The translations under genes were made by a program, and so were the position numbers. Below the pieces are notes generated by a model. It saw only the letters and a list, made by a program, of their open reading frames with translations, did no database searches and was not told where the DNA came from. Below, piece after piece: positions 1 to 17,175 of a stretch of 64,000 nt of DNA. The DNA comes from the human T2T-CHM13v2.0 reference genome, Homo sapiens. Numbering within the stretch: the first letter of the stretch is position 1; every line of letters starts with the position of its first letter. The stretch is taken from NCBI RefSeq assembly GCF_009914755.1, contig NC_060927.1; one strand, 5' to 3'.

Positions 1-885
1 GATATTTTCTGTAGTTTCCTTTCCATGTGATGTCTTTGGTCAGTAACACCAGCTTTACAGAATGAGTTAGGGAGTGTTGCTTACATCTCTATTTCTGAAA
101 GAGTGTGTGAAGGATTGGTATTTTTTCTTTTTAAAATGTTTGATAGAATTCACCAAAGGAGCCATCTGAGCCTCTGTTTTTGTGGGCAATTTTTAAATTT
201 CTAATTCATTTTCCTGACTCATCTGGGGTCCCCCTTAGGGTGGGCACCTGCTTCTCTTAGGGAGTGGGACCCTTGTGGTTAGGGAGATTCTTGCCCCACC
301 AGCAGGGATTGAGATCACCAGAGTGAGCATGGTGTGTGTCCTTACAAGCTCCTCACTTTTCCTCTCTCCCTTGCCTTAGGGTGCTCACCTCTCCTTGTCT
401 CAGAGACCATCCCTGTTCTCCACTCATACTGCCCACCACCACCTTTTTCTAACTTCTGAATATAAGAGGCCTTAGAGCTCAGCCCTGGGTTCTGATTTCA
501 CTCCATGCATTCTCCCTAGCTGGTACCACCTTATCCCACATGTGAGGAAGGTGTCTGGAATCTTATTTTTTGGACTGGCCCAGATTCATGCGTTCACTTG
601 GATATGTCCAATATGATCATAGTTCAAAGTGGAAATTTTGATTTTATCCTCAAACCTGGTCATCCCCCAGTTTCCCCCAATCTTCTCACCTACCCAGTTG
701 CTCATTTAGGAACCCAGCAGTGGGTTTTGGAGGTGGGAGAAGTTGAGGGTCATTCATTTCCTTCTTCCTCCTCTCCAATAACCAAGTCATGACCTAGTTC
801 TGTTGACGCTACTTCCAATCCAGTTCTCTCCTCTCTTGCCATACTAGTCCACACCATCAGCATATCTTTTAGAAGCTGGATTATG

Positions 886-1228
<343 letters not shown>

Positions 1229-1480
1229 CTACTTCCCCTTGCTCACCCTCCAATCTATAGACAGCAGAGCAGCCAGAATGAAATTGTAAAGTTGTAAATT
1301 GCAGCATGCTCAGATCCCTCCAGTGGCTCCCAGGACCTCAGGGCTTATTCTCCTGTTGGGATGGCCTGGGGAACAGTTTACACGTAGCACCCCTAACAGA
1401 CAGGATGTGTGCCCCCGACCCAGGATGGAGGGGCTGGGGCACTTAGCCCCTGCATTCCAAGCAGAACTCTCCTTCATTCT

Positions 1481-1826
<346 letters not shown>

Positions 1827-2172
1827 TAGGTATGGGGACAAAGCAGTAAACAAAACTGATAAAATTCCCTGCATCTTAGAGCTTAAACTAGAACAAGACC
1901 TGTCTTTCCGTCGTATTCAGATCTAATTTTGTGTGTTTTAATACGATTGGGCTCTAATTTGGTTGAACTTAATCTGCAAGAATCTAGAGGAAGCCTAAAC
2001 TGGGAGTTTTAGGGTAGAAAAGGATTTGGCTTCATGTCTGCTGGGTGTAACAGTGTGGGTGAAGGACCCCGGGAGAGCAGGGCCACGGACACTATTCCAA
2101 GCATTACTTTTATTATTTGCCAGTAGACTATGGCAAACTTGTTCATAATGTTATTTTTCATACCATCTTTAA

Positions 2173-2535
<363 letters not shown>

Positions 2536-3509
2536 TAAATAACTATTATCTAGGTGCTCACACATAAATTATTTTATGTAAACTATTGGCAAAGTTTAAA
2601 TAATTTTGGAAGTGCATGTCCTTTAAAGCCTCACTACTCAACATGTAGTCCATGGATAGGCAGCATCAGCATCACCCGGAAGCAGGGCCTTGTGGCTGGT
2701 ACTACAGGCCAGCCTCATCTTGCAGGGCCAGTTTCCCCAGACCTTGTGTGATGTGTGATGTTGACCACCATAGATGGGCCCTGAGTTTCCTGGGAGAAGT
2801 CACCCAACCCAGTCCCATCGTGTGCAGGATCCAAGAGGCTGGGCCTAGTGACCCACAGAAGACCTGGATGAGGCCAGGAAGCACTCTTTTTTCATAGTGG
2901 AGGGTTCTGCAAGGGAGTGATGTGGCATGAATGAGGTACGTTTGCATTCTGTGGGCCTGCAAGGGTTGGAAGTAGCCTTTGCCAGCTGAACATCAATTTC
3001 TCCACTGTGGGAGAGGATCTGAGGGTCTCGACTTATCTTGCTCAGGTCCAGAGTCACCTCTTGCAGCATCCCTTTTCCCCTCCTCTTACCCACTAGTGGG
3101 TGCCAACCAGGATTTAGGTGTCAACTAGGCCGGGCGTGGTGGTTCACACCTGTAATCCCAGCACTTTGGGAGGCTGAGAGGGGCAGATCGCTTGAGGCCA
3201 GGAGTTCGAGACCAGCCTGGGCAACAAAGCAAAACCAAGTCTCCTCAATACAAAAATCAGCCGGATATGGTGGTGCGTGCCCATAGTCCTAGTCTGCTGT
3301 TCAGGGAGAAGTTCTGGCTGGAGCTGTGTTATAAAGGTGGGGGCATTAAGAAACTAAGGGGCTGAGGGGGCTGGCAGTCGACTCCTCTGCCTTCCTGAGC
3401 CTCCAGACCCGCCCTCTGATGGCCCCCAGTTTCTCTTCATGGTTCCTACCCACCCAGAGCCTGACTCATTGGTCTCCTTACCCCACATCAAACCAGTCCA
3501 GCCTCTCTC

Positions 3510-3990
3510 TAACACTTTATTCATTCACTCATTCACTTAATCATTTTTTTCAGAAATGCTTTATTAAGCCTTGCTTGTGGTTCTCTCCCAAGGATGGGCA
3601 GCCCCCTTTGGGGGTGTCCGGATATGTGAAAGGGCATTTGGTTGTCACGTGACTGGGCAGGGAGCAGAGGTGTTCAGGTCCCTCACAAAACAAACTGCCT
3701 CTCAGGATGCCAGGAGCACCTTATAGAGAACCTTGTTCCACAGCCACCTACAGCTGGTTTAGGAGGGTGCGCTGTGAGCCAACACAGTACTGTCTGAACA
3801 GTGAGAGTAAAAAGATAAGGGAAGGGCATTTCTACCTGGGAGAGGAGAGAGGCTTCCTGGAGGAGGTGACTTTTGAGCTGTGCCTTGAAGGATGAGTAGG
3901 GTTTACAGATACAGGATGCGGCAGGAATTCCAGGCAGAGGAAAGCAGGTGTGCGAAGGCAGAGGAGTGTGGACAGGCTTAGAGTTTTGGG
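3510..3990 (-). mobile_element. L2 3' end remnant, probably interrupted by a MER20-like piece
   Basis: TTCATTCACTCATTCA tail and typical L2 sequence GGCTTCCTGGAGGAGGTGAC..TTGAGCTG..CCTTGAAGGATGAGTAGG. Confidence 0.7.
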
Positions 3991-4108
3991 GGCTCTCTAA
4001 AAGGGACACCCCCGGACTGTGCAGGACAGGGGTGCTGAAGGCCCCAGAGTGAGCTGGACAGGTGGGGAAAGGGAGGTCTGTGGCAGGCCTCCCCTCCCTT
4101 TTCCAGCC

Positions 4109-4248
4109 CTAGAAATGACTTAGGATGTTGGTAATGGTGTCTACTTGACTTTCTCATATAGGTCCCTGACCACAGGTGGTAGCTTGGTGTTCCCAGGCTG
4201 GGAGGAGGGCATGGCTGCCTCAGAGGACCCACAACTCCCTGGAGGCAC
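4109..4248 (-). pseudogene. NGP-like pseudo-exon 4 (C-terminal region)
   Basis: Acceptor cttctgcag|GTG. Reads VPPGSCGSSEAAMPSSQPGNTKLPPVVRDLYEKVK, then a 1-bp deletion creates TAG at 4143-4141; the shifted frame gives DTITNILSHF* (TAG 4111-4109). Confidence 0.9.
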
Positions 4249-4901
4249 CTGCAGAAGCTACGCTGAATAGTCACCACCATCACCGTCACTGACCGACCCC
4301 TCCCTCAAGGCCTGGGTGAGGGGGCTGAGGCGCCGGCAGACAGGGCTAAAGGATGGGGCTAGAGGTGGCCACTAGGCTGAACCCCTTTCCCCAGATCCCA
4401 GAGGGCCCAGACTCTGAGACTTGTTTCCGTCCTGGCTGTTCTTCTCAATTGCCAGGAGGCTCCACTTCTGCCTCCAGTTTTCCCAAATGTGGGATTAAGG
4501 GGAGGGTGGGTTTCCAAGGAATCTCTTGGGGCCAGAGCCCAGGGTCCAGAGCACAGCCAGGGCCCTGAGAGCACCGAGCGCCCTCAGCCAGCCCGGACCC
4601 CTCCTCTTCGTCTCCTGCGGAGGACTAGCAACAACCTAGACCCTCGCATTCCCCACACACTACAGGCCTCCCCCTTCCCAACAGCTTGCGTTAAGTGCTG
4701 GATCCGCTCCTACTTTCCAGATGAGGAAACTGAGGCGCCATGCTCTAAATTGCTGGCCCAGGCGGCGGCACCCCAGTGGTCGGGAGGTAACCAGGCTAAA
4801 GCCGCCGGCGAGGGGAAGGACGGGATTCGCGGCGGAGTTTCAGGGAGGCGCGTCTGCAGGCTAGAGGAGGGACCCGGGGGACCACACCGGGGCGGGCTCA
4901 C

Positions 4902-4976
4902 CTCTGACTCGCGCCGGGATCTTTGTTGGAACCGAGTGTCAGGAATCGCAAATACCGCGTGAAGAATTCCCCCGTG
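4902..4976 (-). pseudogene. NGP-like pseudo-exon 3, gene-orientation copy (5' end lost)
   Basis: ACG GGG GAA TTC TTC ACG CGG TAT TTG CGA TTC CTG ACA CTC GGT TCC AAC AAA GAT CC CGG CGC GAG TCA GAG|GTGAG. Confidence 0.8.
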
Positions 4977-4980
4977 GCCA

Positions 4981-5063
4981 ATCTGCACGGGAGAATGCTT
5001 CACGCTGGGCCATTTGCGGTTCCTGACCCTCGGTTGCAACAAAGACCCCGGCGCGAGCCACAG
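4981..5063 (+). pseudogene. Inverted second copy of NGP-like exon 3
   Basis: Reads ICTGECFTLGHLRFLTLGCNKD/RREPQ|GTGAG. Keeps both exon-3 cathelin cysteines. Confidence 0.8.
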
Positions 5064-5314
5064 GTGAGCCTACCCCGGTCCGGGCCACCCACCCCGAGAA
5101 TGGCAGGACTGCCCGAGCCCAGGACCCCGGCCGTCCAGGGAGGCCGGAGCCTGGAGGGCCGTGTAGACCCATGGGAATCCCATGCCCCACTGTGGTATTT
5201 TCCCCTAAGTCATCCTCAAACCATAGACGCAAGCCAGAGCCAGGAGCGAGAGACAATCGCTAGGAAGAACCCCAGTGGACTAGATGCGCGTCCATTAAAA
5301 TAAAGGATGGCCAC

Positions 5315-5625
<311 letters not shown>

Positions 5626-5864
5626 GGTGTGTTCTCTTTATATAAATTTAGTAATTTTTAAAGTATGTATTGCTTTTATAAATAAGGATTTGCAATAATT
5701 TGTAGCAAGAAAAAACAATGAGAAAAAATCAGATTTTTTCCACATTCGAACCTCAGGTGAAGTGATCAGGTGAGGTGGGTGGAGGCAGACACACATCTTC
5801 TTTAGAGCAAGAGAGGAGGGGACCTTTTGCTCACAGGGCTGGGAGCTGGAGGGATGAAGACTCA

Positions 5865-5945
5865 GCTGCCCTCCCTGAAGGCACATTTTTGGGGCCATCT
5901 CCCAGCTGGAAATGCATACTATCTCTTTAATCCTAAAGCTGAGTT
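5865..5945 (-). pseudogene. NGP-like pseudo-exon 2 (cathelin FRIKET.C...C.F motif)
   Basis: Acceptor ttttttgttgcttctttag|AAC. Reads SFRIKEIVCISSWE then WPQKCAFREG after a frameshift. Donor degraded (..AGCTGAGT). Confidence 0.9.
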
Positions 5946-6880
5946 CTAAAGAAGCAACAAAAAAGTCATGATCATCTCCCTTTTACAGGTGAGGGAACAA
6001 AGGCACCGAGAGGTTAAGGTTACACAGCTGGAAGGGTCTTACCCCAGGTCTGCACTTTTCACCAAAGCCAGGGGGCTTGTTAAGTAGTCTCAGCAGAGGT
6101 TTAAGGTGCTTCAGCTTTTGGAAAGTAGCCAAAGGATACCGCTTACTAACTGTACAACCCTGAGGGGTCATGATATAGTTTGAGCGTATCTTCCTGCCAA
6201 ATCTCATGTTGAATTGTAATCCCCAGTGTTGGAGGTAGGACCTGGTAGGAAGTGTTTGGATCATGGAGACTAATCCCTCATAAATGGCTTGGGCCATGCT
6301 CTTGGTGATAAATGAACTCTTGCTCTGAGTTCACACAAGATCTGGTCATTTAAAAGTGTGTGGCAACTCCCCCTCCATTCGCTCTCTTGTTTCTGCTTTC
6401 ACCATGTGCCTGTTCCCACTTCACCTTCCACCATGATTGCAAGCTTCCTGAGGCCTCCCTGGAAGCCAAGCACATGCCAGCACCATGCTTCCTATAAAGC
6501 CTGCAGAACTGTGAGCCAGTTAAACTTCTTCTCTTTATAAATTACCCAGTCTCAGGTATTTTTTTTAATATAGCAATGCAAGAACGGCCTAATACAGAAA
6601 ATTGATAGCAAGGATTGGGGCATTACTATAAAGATACCTGAAAGTGTAGAAGTGACTTTGGAACTGGGTAACAGGTAGAGTTTGGAAGAGTTTGGAGGGC
6701 TCAGGCCGGGCATGGTGGCTCACACCTGTAATCCCAGCACTTTCAGAGGCTGAGGTGAGCAGATCATCTGAGGTTGGGAATTCAAGACCAGCCTGGCCAA
6801 TATGGTGAAACCCTGTCTCTAACTAAAAATACAAAAATTAGCCAGTCATGGTGGCACGTGCCTGTACTCCAAGCTAATCA

Positions 6881-7174
<294 letters not shown>

Positions 7175-7394
7175 TTATGCCTTAGCAAAGAGCTTGGCTG
7201 CATTGTGTTCATGCCATAGGGATCTGTGGAAGTTTGATTTAGGGTATTGCAGAAGAAATTACTAAGCAGCAAAGCACTCAGAATATGGCCTGGCTGCTTC
7301 TAACAACCTATACTCAGCTGTGGGAGCAAAGAAATGACTTAAAGTTGGAACATATGTATATTTTTTGTTTATTCATTTATTTGTTTGTTTTTGA

Positions 7395-7556
<162 letters not shown>

Positions 7557-8525
7557 TAGTAGAGACAGGGTTTCACCATGTTGGTCTGTCTGGTCTTGAG
7601 CTCCTGACCTCAGACAGTTCACCTGCCTCAGCTTCCCAAAGTGCTGGGATTATAGGCATGAGCCACCATGCCTGGGCAGAAGTTATATTTAAAAGGGAAG
7701 CAGAATGTGTAAGTTTGGAAATTTTACAACCTGGCCATGTGGTAGAAAAGTAAAGCCCATTTTCAAGGAGAGAATTCAAGCAGGCTGTGGCACAACGACT
7801 TGCTAGAGATATTTGCATAGCTAAAAGGGAGCCAAATGCTAATAACCAAGACAATGGGGAAAAGGTCTTGAAGGCATTTCAGAGACCTTTGTGGCAGCCC
7901 CTCCCATCACAGGCCCTGAGGCCTAGTGGGGAAGAATGATTTCATGGGCCAGGCCTAGGGCCCTGCTGCCCTGCACACCCTCAGGACACTGCTTCCCACA
8001 TCCTGACCACTCCAGCTCCAGCCAGGGCTCAAAGGGGCCCAAGTATAGCTCAAGCTGCTGCCACTTTGCAGTCTCACTTTGGAGAATGCAAGTGGTAAGC
8101 CTTGGCAGCTTCCATATTATGTTAATCCTGTGGGTGCACAGAGTCCAAAAGTGAAGGCTTGGCAGCCTCCGCCTAGATTTCAGAGGATGTATGAGGAAAG
8201 CCTGGGTGTCTGGGCAGAAGCCTGCTGCTGTAGCACTGCCCTCACAGAGAATCTCTACTAGGGCAGTGCCAAGGGGAAATGTGGAGTTAGACCCCACACA
8301 CAGAGTCCCCAGTGGGGCACTGCCTGGTGGAGCTGTTGGAAGGAGGCTGCCATCCTCCAGACCCAGGAATGTTAGAGCCACCAATGGCTTGCAATTTCAG
8401 CATGGAAAAGTCACAGGGGCAGAGCTGCCCAAGGCCTTGGGAACCCACCCTTCCCACCAGTGTGCCTTGAATGCAGGATATGGAGTCAAAGAAGATTGTT
8501 TTGGAGCATTAAGATTTAATGAATG

Positions 8526-9724
<1,199 letters not shown>

Positions 9725-9822
9725 CTATACCCCCACTGTATCTTGGAGGTAAATAATTTCTTTTTGATTTTACAGGCTCCTAGGTGGAAGGGACTCATCT
9801 CTAGCTAAGACTTTGGACTTGA

Positions 9823-10067
<245 letters not shown>

Positions 10068-10254
10068 TGAGTTAAGACTTTGGAGTCTAAGTGCTTGGGA
10101 GTTGATAAAACAATTTTTAAAATGAATAAATAAGTAGGCCAGGAGCAGTAGCTCATACCTGTAATCCCAGCATTTTGGGAGGCTAAGGTGGATGGATCAC
10201 TCAAGTCCAGGAGTTCAAGACCAGCGTGGGCAACATGGTGAAACCCCAACTCTA

Positions 10255-10563
<309 letters not shown>

Positions 10564-11721
10564 TTAAAAATTAGCCAGGCATGGTGGTGGGTACCTGCAA
10601 TCCCAGCTACTCCAGAGACTGAGGCAGGAGAATCACTTGAACCTGGGAGGCAGAGGTTGCAGTGATCCGAGGTCGCAGTGATCCGAGGTCGCACCATTGT
10701 ACTTCAGCCTGGGCAACAAGAGTGAAACTCTGTCTCAAAAAAAAACAAAAAACAAATAAGATTTTAGGGGACTGTTGTAAAGGCATAATTGTATTTTGCA
10801 ATGTGAGAAGGACATGAGATTTGTGGGGGCCATGGGCAGAATGATGTAGTTTGACTGTATGTCCCTACCAAATCTCATGTCAAATTGTAGTCCCCAGTGT
10901 TGGAGGTAGAGCCTGGTGGGAGGTGTTTGGATCATGGGGGTGGATCCCTTATGAATGACCTGGGCCATCCCCTTCATGATAAGTGAGCTCTTTCTCTGAG
11001 TTCCCACAAGATCTGGTAGTTTAAATGTGTGTGGCACGTCCCCTCCACCTTGTTCCTGCCTTCACCATATGACGTGCCTGCTCACCTTTCACCTTCTGCC
11101 ATGATGGCAAGTTTCCTGACGCCTCCTCAAAAGCCAAGCAGATGCCAGGACTATGCTTCCTATAAAGCCTGCAGAACTGTGAGCCAATTAAACCTCTTTT
11201 CTTCATAAATTACCAAATCTCTGGTATTTCTTTATAGCAATGCAAGAACGGCCTAATACAAGTCACTTCCTGTCTTTGTCCCTCAATTTCCTCCTCTGTG
11301 TGAGGAAACAGGAAGAAGAATCCCTGCCCTGCGTATTCAGCTGCCACGTGAGGTAATAGTGCAGGAAGGGGAAACCGGAAACCCCCAAAGGTGTTGGTGA
11401 GACCAGTTCCCTTCCTGTCTGTCCTCTGAAACAGCTCTGCATATTCCCCCAAGCCCAGGACCTGAGTATAGTCTGGATCCCCAGACTTCGCTGGATGAAG
11501 CTCTAAATTTACCAGCCAGCTGGCTTTCAGGCCCAAGATTACTATCTTGTCTTACCTTCAGGTGAGAGAAACATTATAATAACATCAATAACGAACAGTA
11601 ACCAAGCACTTGGTGCCTGTGCCAGGCATTCTCTCCTGCCAGCCATCCTTACAGGTATGAGGCAGGTAATACCTGCTTCCCCACTGTCTCCTACCCAAGC
11701 CTGGGCCCTTGAGACACTCAC

Positions 11722-11880
11722 CGACCTAGCTAATGGGATGGCCTCCAGCAGTGGAAACGGGACTTTCCCAATTATCCCCATGGTAGATTTTTAAGGCCTG
11801 GGTGACAATCTCATAGCTCAACAGCACTGGGCCACCACTGTCAAGCCTGCCAACACTCACGCCCTCCAGGCCCCTGCCAT
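11722..11880 (-). pseudogene. NGP-like pseudo-exon 1 (signal peptide and start of cathelin domain)
   Basis: ATG at 11880-11878, premature TGA at 11859-11857, two frame changes, intact donor TCG|GTGAGT (GT at 11721-11720). Confidence 0.9.
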
Positions 11881-11904
11881 TATCCCTTCTCTGATAGACT
11901 GCCA

Positions 11905-11948
11905 CTTTTAGGAAGAAGAGATGTGTAACTTACTACTCTTTATATATA
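11905..11948 (-). promoter_or_regulatory. Remnant core promoter of NGP-like gene (TATA-like)
   Basis: TATATAAAG on - at 11946-11938, about 60 nt upstream of the ATG. A second TAAAAG at about 11910-11905. Confidence 0.45.
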
Positions 11949-12021
11949 GATATTAGAATTCATCTCTTGAAATGATACACATTTTCTAACACCCCCAAAA
12001 TGCCAGTAAGAATGATTAAAG

Positions 12022-12310
12022 GGCTGGGTGTCGTGGCACATGCCCATAGTCCCAGCTACTCCAGAGACAGAAGAGGGAGAATGCTTGAGCCCAGGAGTTC
12101 ATCAGCCTGACCCCAACACAGCAAGAGCCCATCTCCACAAAAAATTAAAAAATTAGATAGGCATGGTGGCACACACCTGTAGTCCTAACTATTCAGGAGG
12201 CTGAGATGGGAGGAGTGCTTGAGCCTAGGAGTTAGAGGCTCAAGTGTGAGAACAGACACTCATAGCTCATGGCATAAGCTATGATCATGCCACTGTATGT
12301 ATTTAAAAAA
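12022..12310 (+). mobile_element. Alu (J-like) in the NGP-like upstream region
   Basis: Diverged Alu flanked by GATTAAAGG on both sides. Confidence 0.85.
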
Positions 12311-12875
12311 AGATTAAAGGTTGAGGGGATGGAAAATGGGATGGGATAGGAAATGGGGTGGGAAAAATAAAAATAAAAGCAGAGAGGGGGATTGCGCAGA
12401 CCAAGGAAGATAGCATGTCAACCCACCCCCGATTAAGGCATAACTCCTTGTATATAAAATTAAGCACCAATCAACATCCTAACAATATCATTAGTAGGGC
12501 ATCTGAAAGAACGTTCACTAAAGTATGCTTATCTCTATGTTTCTTCTTTTAGCTTTTATTATTTGAAAACTTTCAAAATAATAAACTTTCAGTTTTACAA
12601 AAATAACAAAAGTATTTTAAAAATGCCCATGCGGAGTCTGCATTTTATTCCACAATACATCTGCAACTTTTTTTTTTATTTTTTTGAGGTAGGTCCTGCT
12701 CTGTCGCTCTGTAGCTGGGTGCTCTGCATCTGTAGCTACAGGCATGAGCCACCAAGCCTGACTAATTTTTTGAGGAGGCAAGGGTCTCACTATGTTGCCC
12801 AGTCTGGTCTCAAACTCCTGGGCTCAAGCAATTCTTCCACCTTGACCTCCCAAAGTGCTGGGATTGCAGGCATGA

Positions 12876-13734
<859 letters not shown>

Positions 13735-13764
13735 CCTAGCCAGCTTTTTAAAATGTTCAATAGA

Positions 13765-15203
<1,439 letters not shown>

Positions 15204-15777
15204 TAACTGTTTTAACATTGAAACATTTTGTATTAATATTTCCACGGTGGGGCAGAAACTCCAGTAAAATCAAGCCTTTAGATGCTGTAGCGTGTTTGTT
15301 CAGGGACTCTGCACTCCCAATATGTGACTCCCCATCAGTTTGAGAAGCTTAGATTGCCCCCAGCATTGACAGATGAGGAAAATGAGGCCTGTACAAGTTA
15401 GGAAACTGGCTGGGTGTAGTGGCTCATTCCTGCAATCTCAACACTTTGGGAGGCTGAGGCGGATTGCTTGAGCCCAGGAGTTCAAGACCAGCCTGGGCAA
15501 CATAGCAAGACCCCATCTCTACAAAAAAATAAAAAATTAGCCAAGGGTGGTGGCATGCACCTGTAGTCCCAGTTACTCAGGATGCTGAGGTGGGAGGATT
15601 ATTTGAGCCCAGGAGTTCAAGGCTCCAGTGAACTATGATTGCACCACTGCACTCCATCCTGGGTGACAGGAAGATCTTGTCTCTTAAAAAAAAAAAAGAA
15701 GAAAAAAAAATGTTGACCGGGTGTGGTGGCTCATGCCTCTAATCCTAGCACTTTGGGAGGCCAAGGCGGGCAGATCA

Positions 15778-15969
<192 letters not shown>

Positions 15970-16527
15970 CTAGATGACAGAGTGAGACTCTGTCTCAACA
16001 ACAACAATAACAACAAAAGTTAGGAAACGTGTTCAAATTACACAGCCAAGTCTTATGTAGAATAGTGGGAAACTGGGGAGATTTACCTGGAGGAGAGGAG
16101 CAACAAGGTTTCAGTTCCCGGCTCTTGAAAGGCTGCGACAAACAAGACAACCAGAATGTTTTTGTGGCCTCAGAGCCAGAATCAGAGATTGCACTCTCAG
16201 AGGGAGACATGTCAATGGGAAAGGCCTCCTGACAACAGCTACAGCCTAGCATGACGGAGGCGGCTTGGGAAACATTGAACTATGTCTGGACAATCCACTG
16301 GCAGGAAAATCATAGGAAACTGTAGGGGCCATCTGATGCTTGGCCTCTTCGGCATCTATTTCCCCTACCTTTTTTCCCTTCGAATAGGGCCTCAATTTCC
16401 TTTTGAGGATCTGCATGGTTCTAGGAGTGGAACTTAGAGTAACTAGACTTAGCCGAAGTCTACCAGTGCCTCTCATCCCTCCATTAATGTGGTTCAGGGT
16501 ATGCATGTGATTAGCTGGTCCAATTAG

Positions 16528-17175
<648 letters not shown>

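Larger units (their letters stand above)
4886..5079. repeat. Long imperfect inverted repeat (arms 4886-4976 and 4986-5079, 9-nt spacer)
   Basis: Manual alignment of the left arm to the reverse complement of the right arm gives about 11 mismatches plus 3 nt of indel over about 94 nt. Confidence 0.97.
4570..5300. promoter_or_regulatory. CpG-rich island not associated with an intact gene start
   Basis: Visibly high GC and CpG density relative to flanks, judged by eye and not computed. Confidence 0.7.

Noticed and set aside
2700-3120. Unique-looking sequence with 80-86 aa ORFs downstream of the NGP remnant
   Set aside because: No recognisable protein similarity or exon structure.
4489-5303. ORFs of 105-157 aa across the CpG island
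   Set aside because: Explained by high GC and the palindromic pseudo-exon; mostly non-ATG starts.
5770-5830. Possible displaced acceptor and start of NGP exon 3 (ctcttgctctaaag AAG ATG TGT GTC TGC on -)
   Set aside because: Similarity too weak and the implied intron too short to support without an ortholog alignment.
10659-10693. 16-bp tandem duplication inside an Alu
   Set aside because: Ordinary slippage event.
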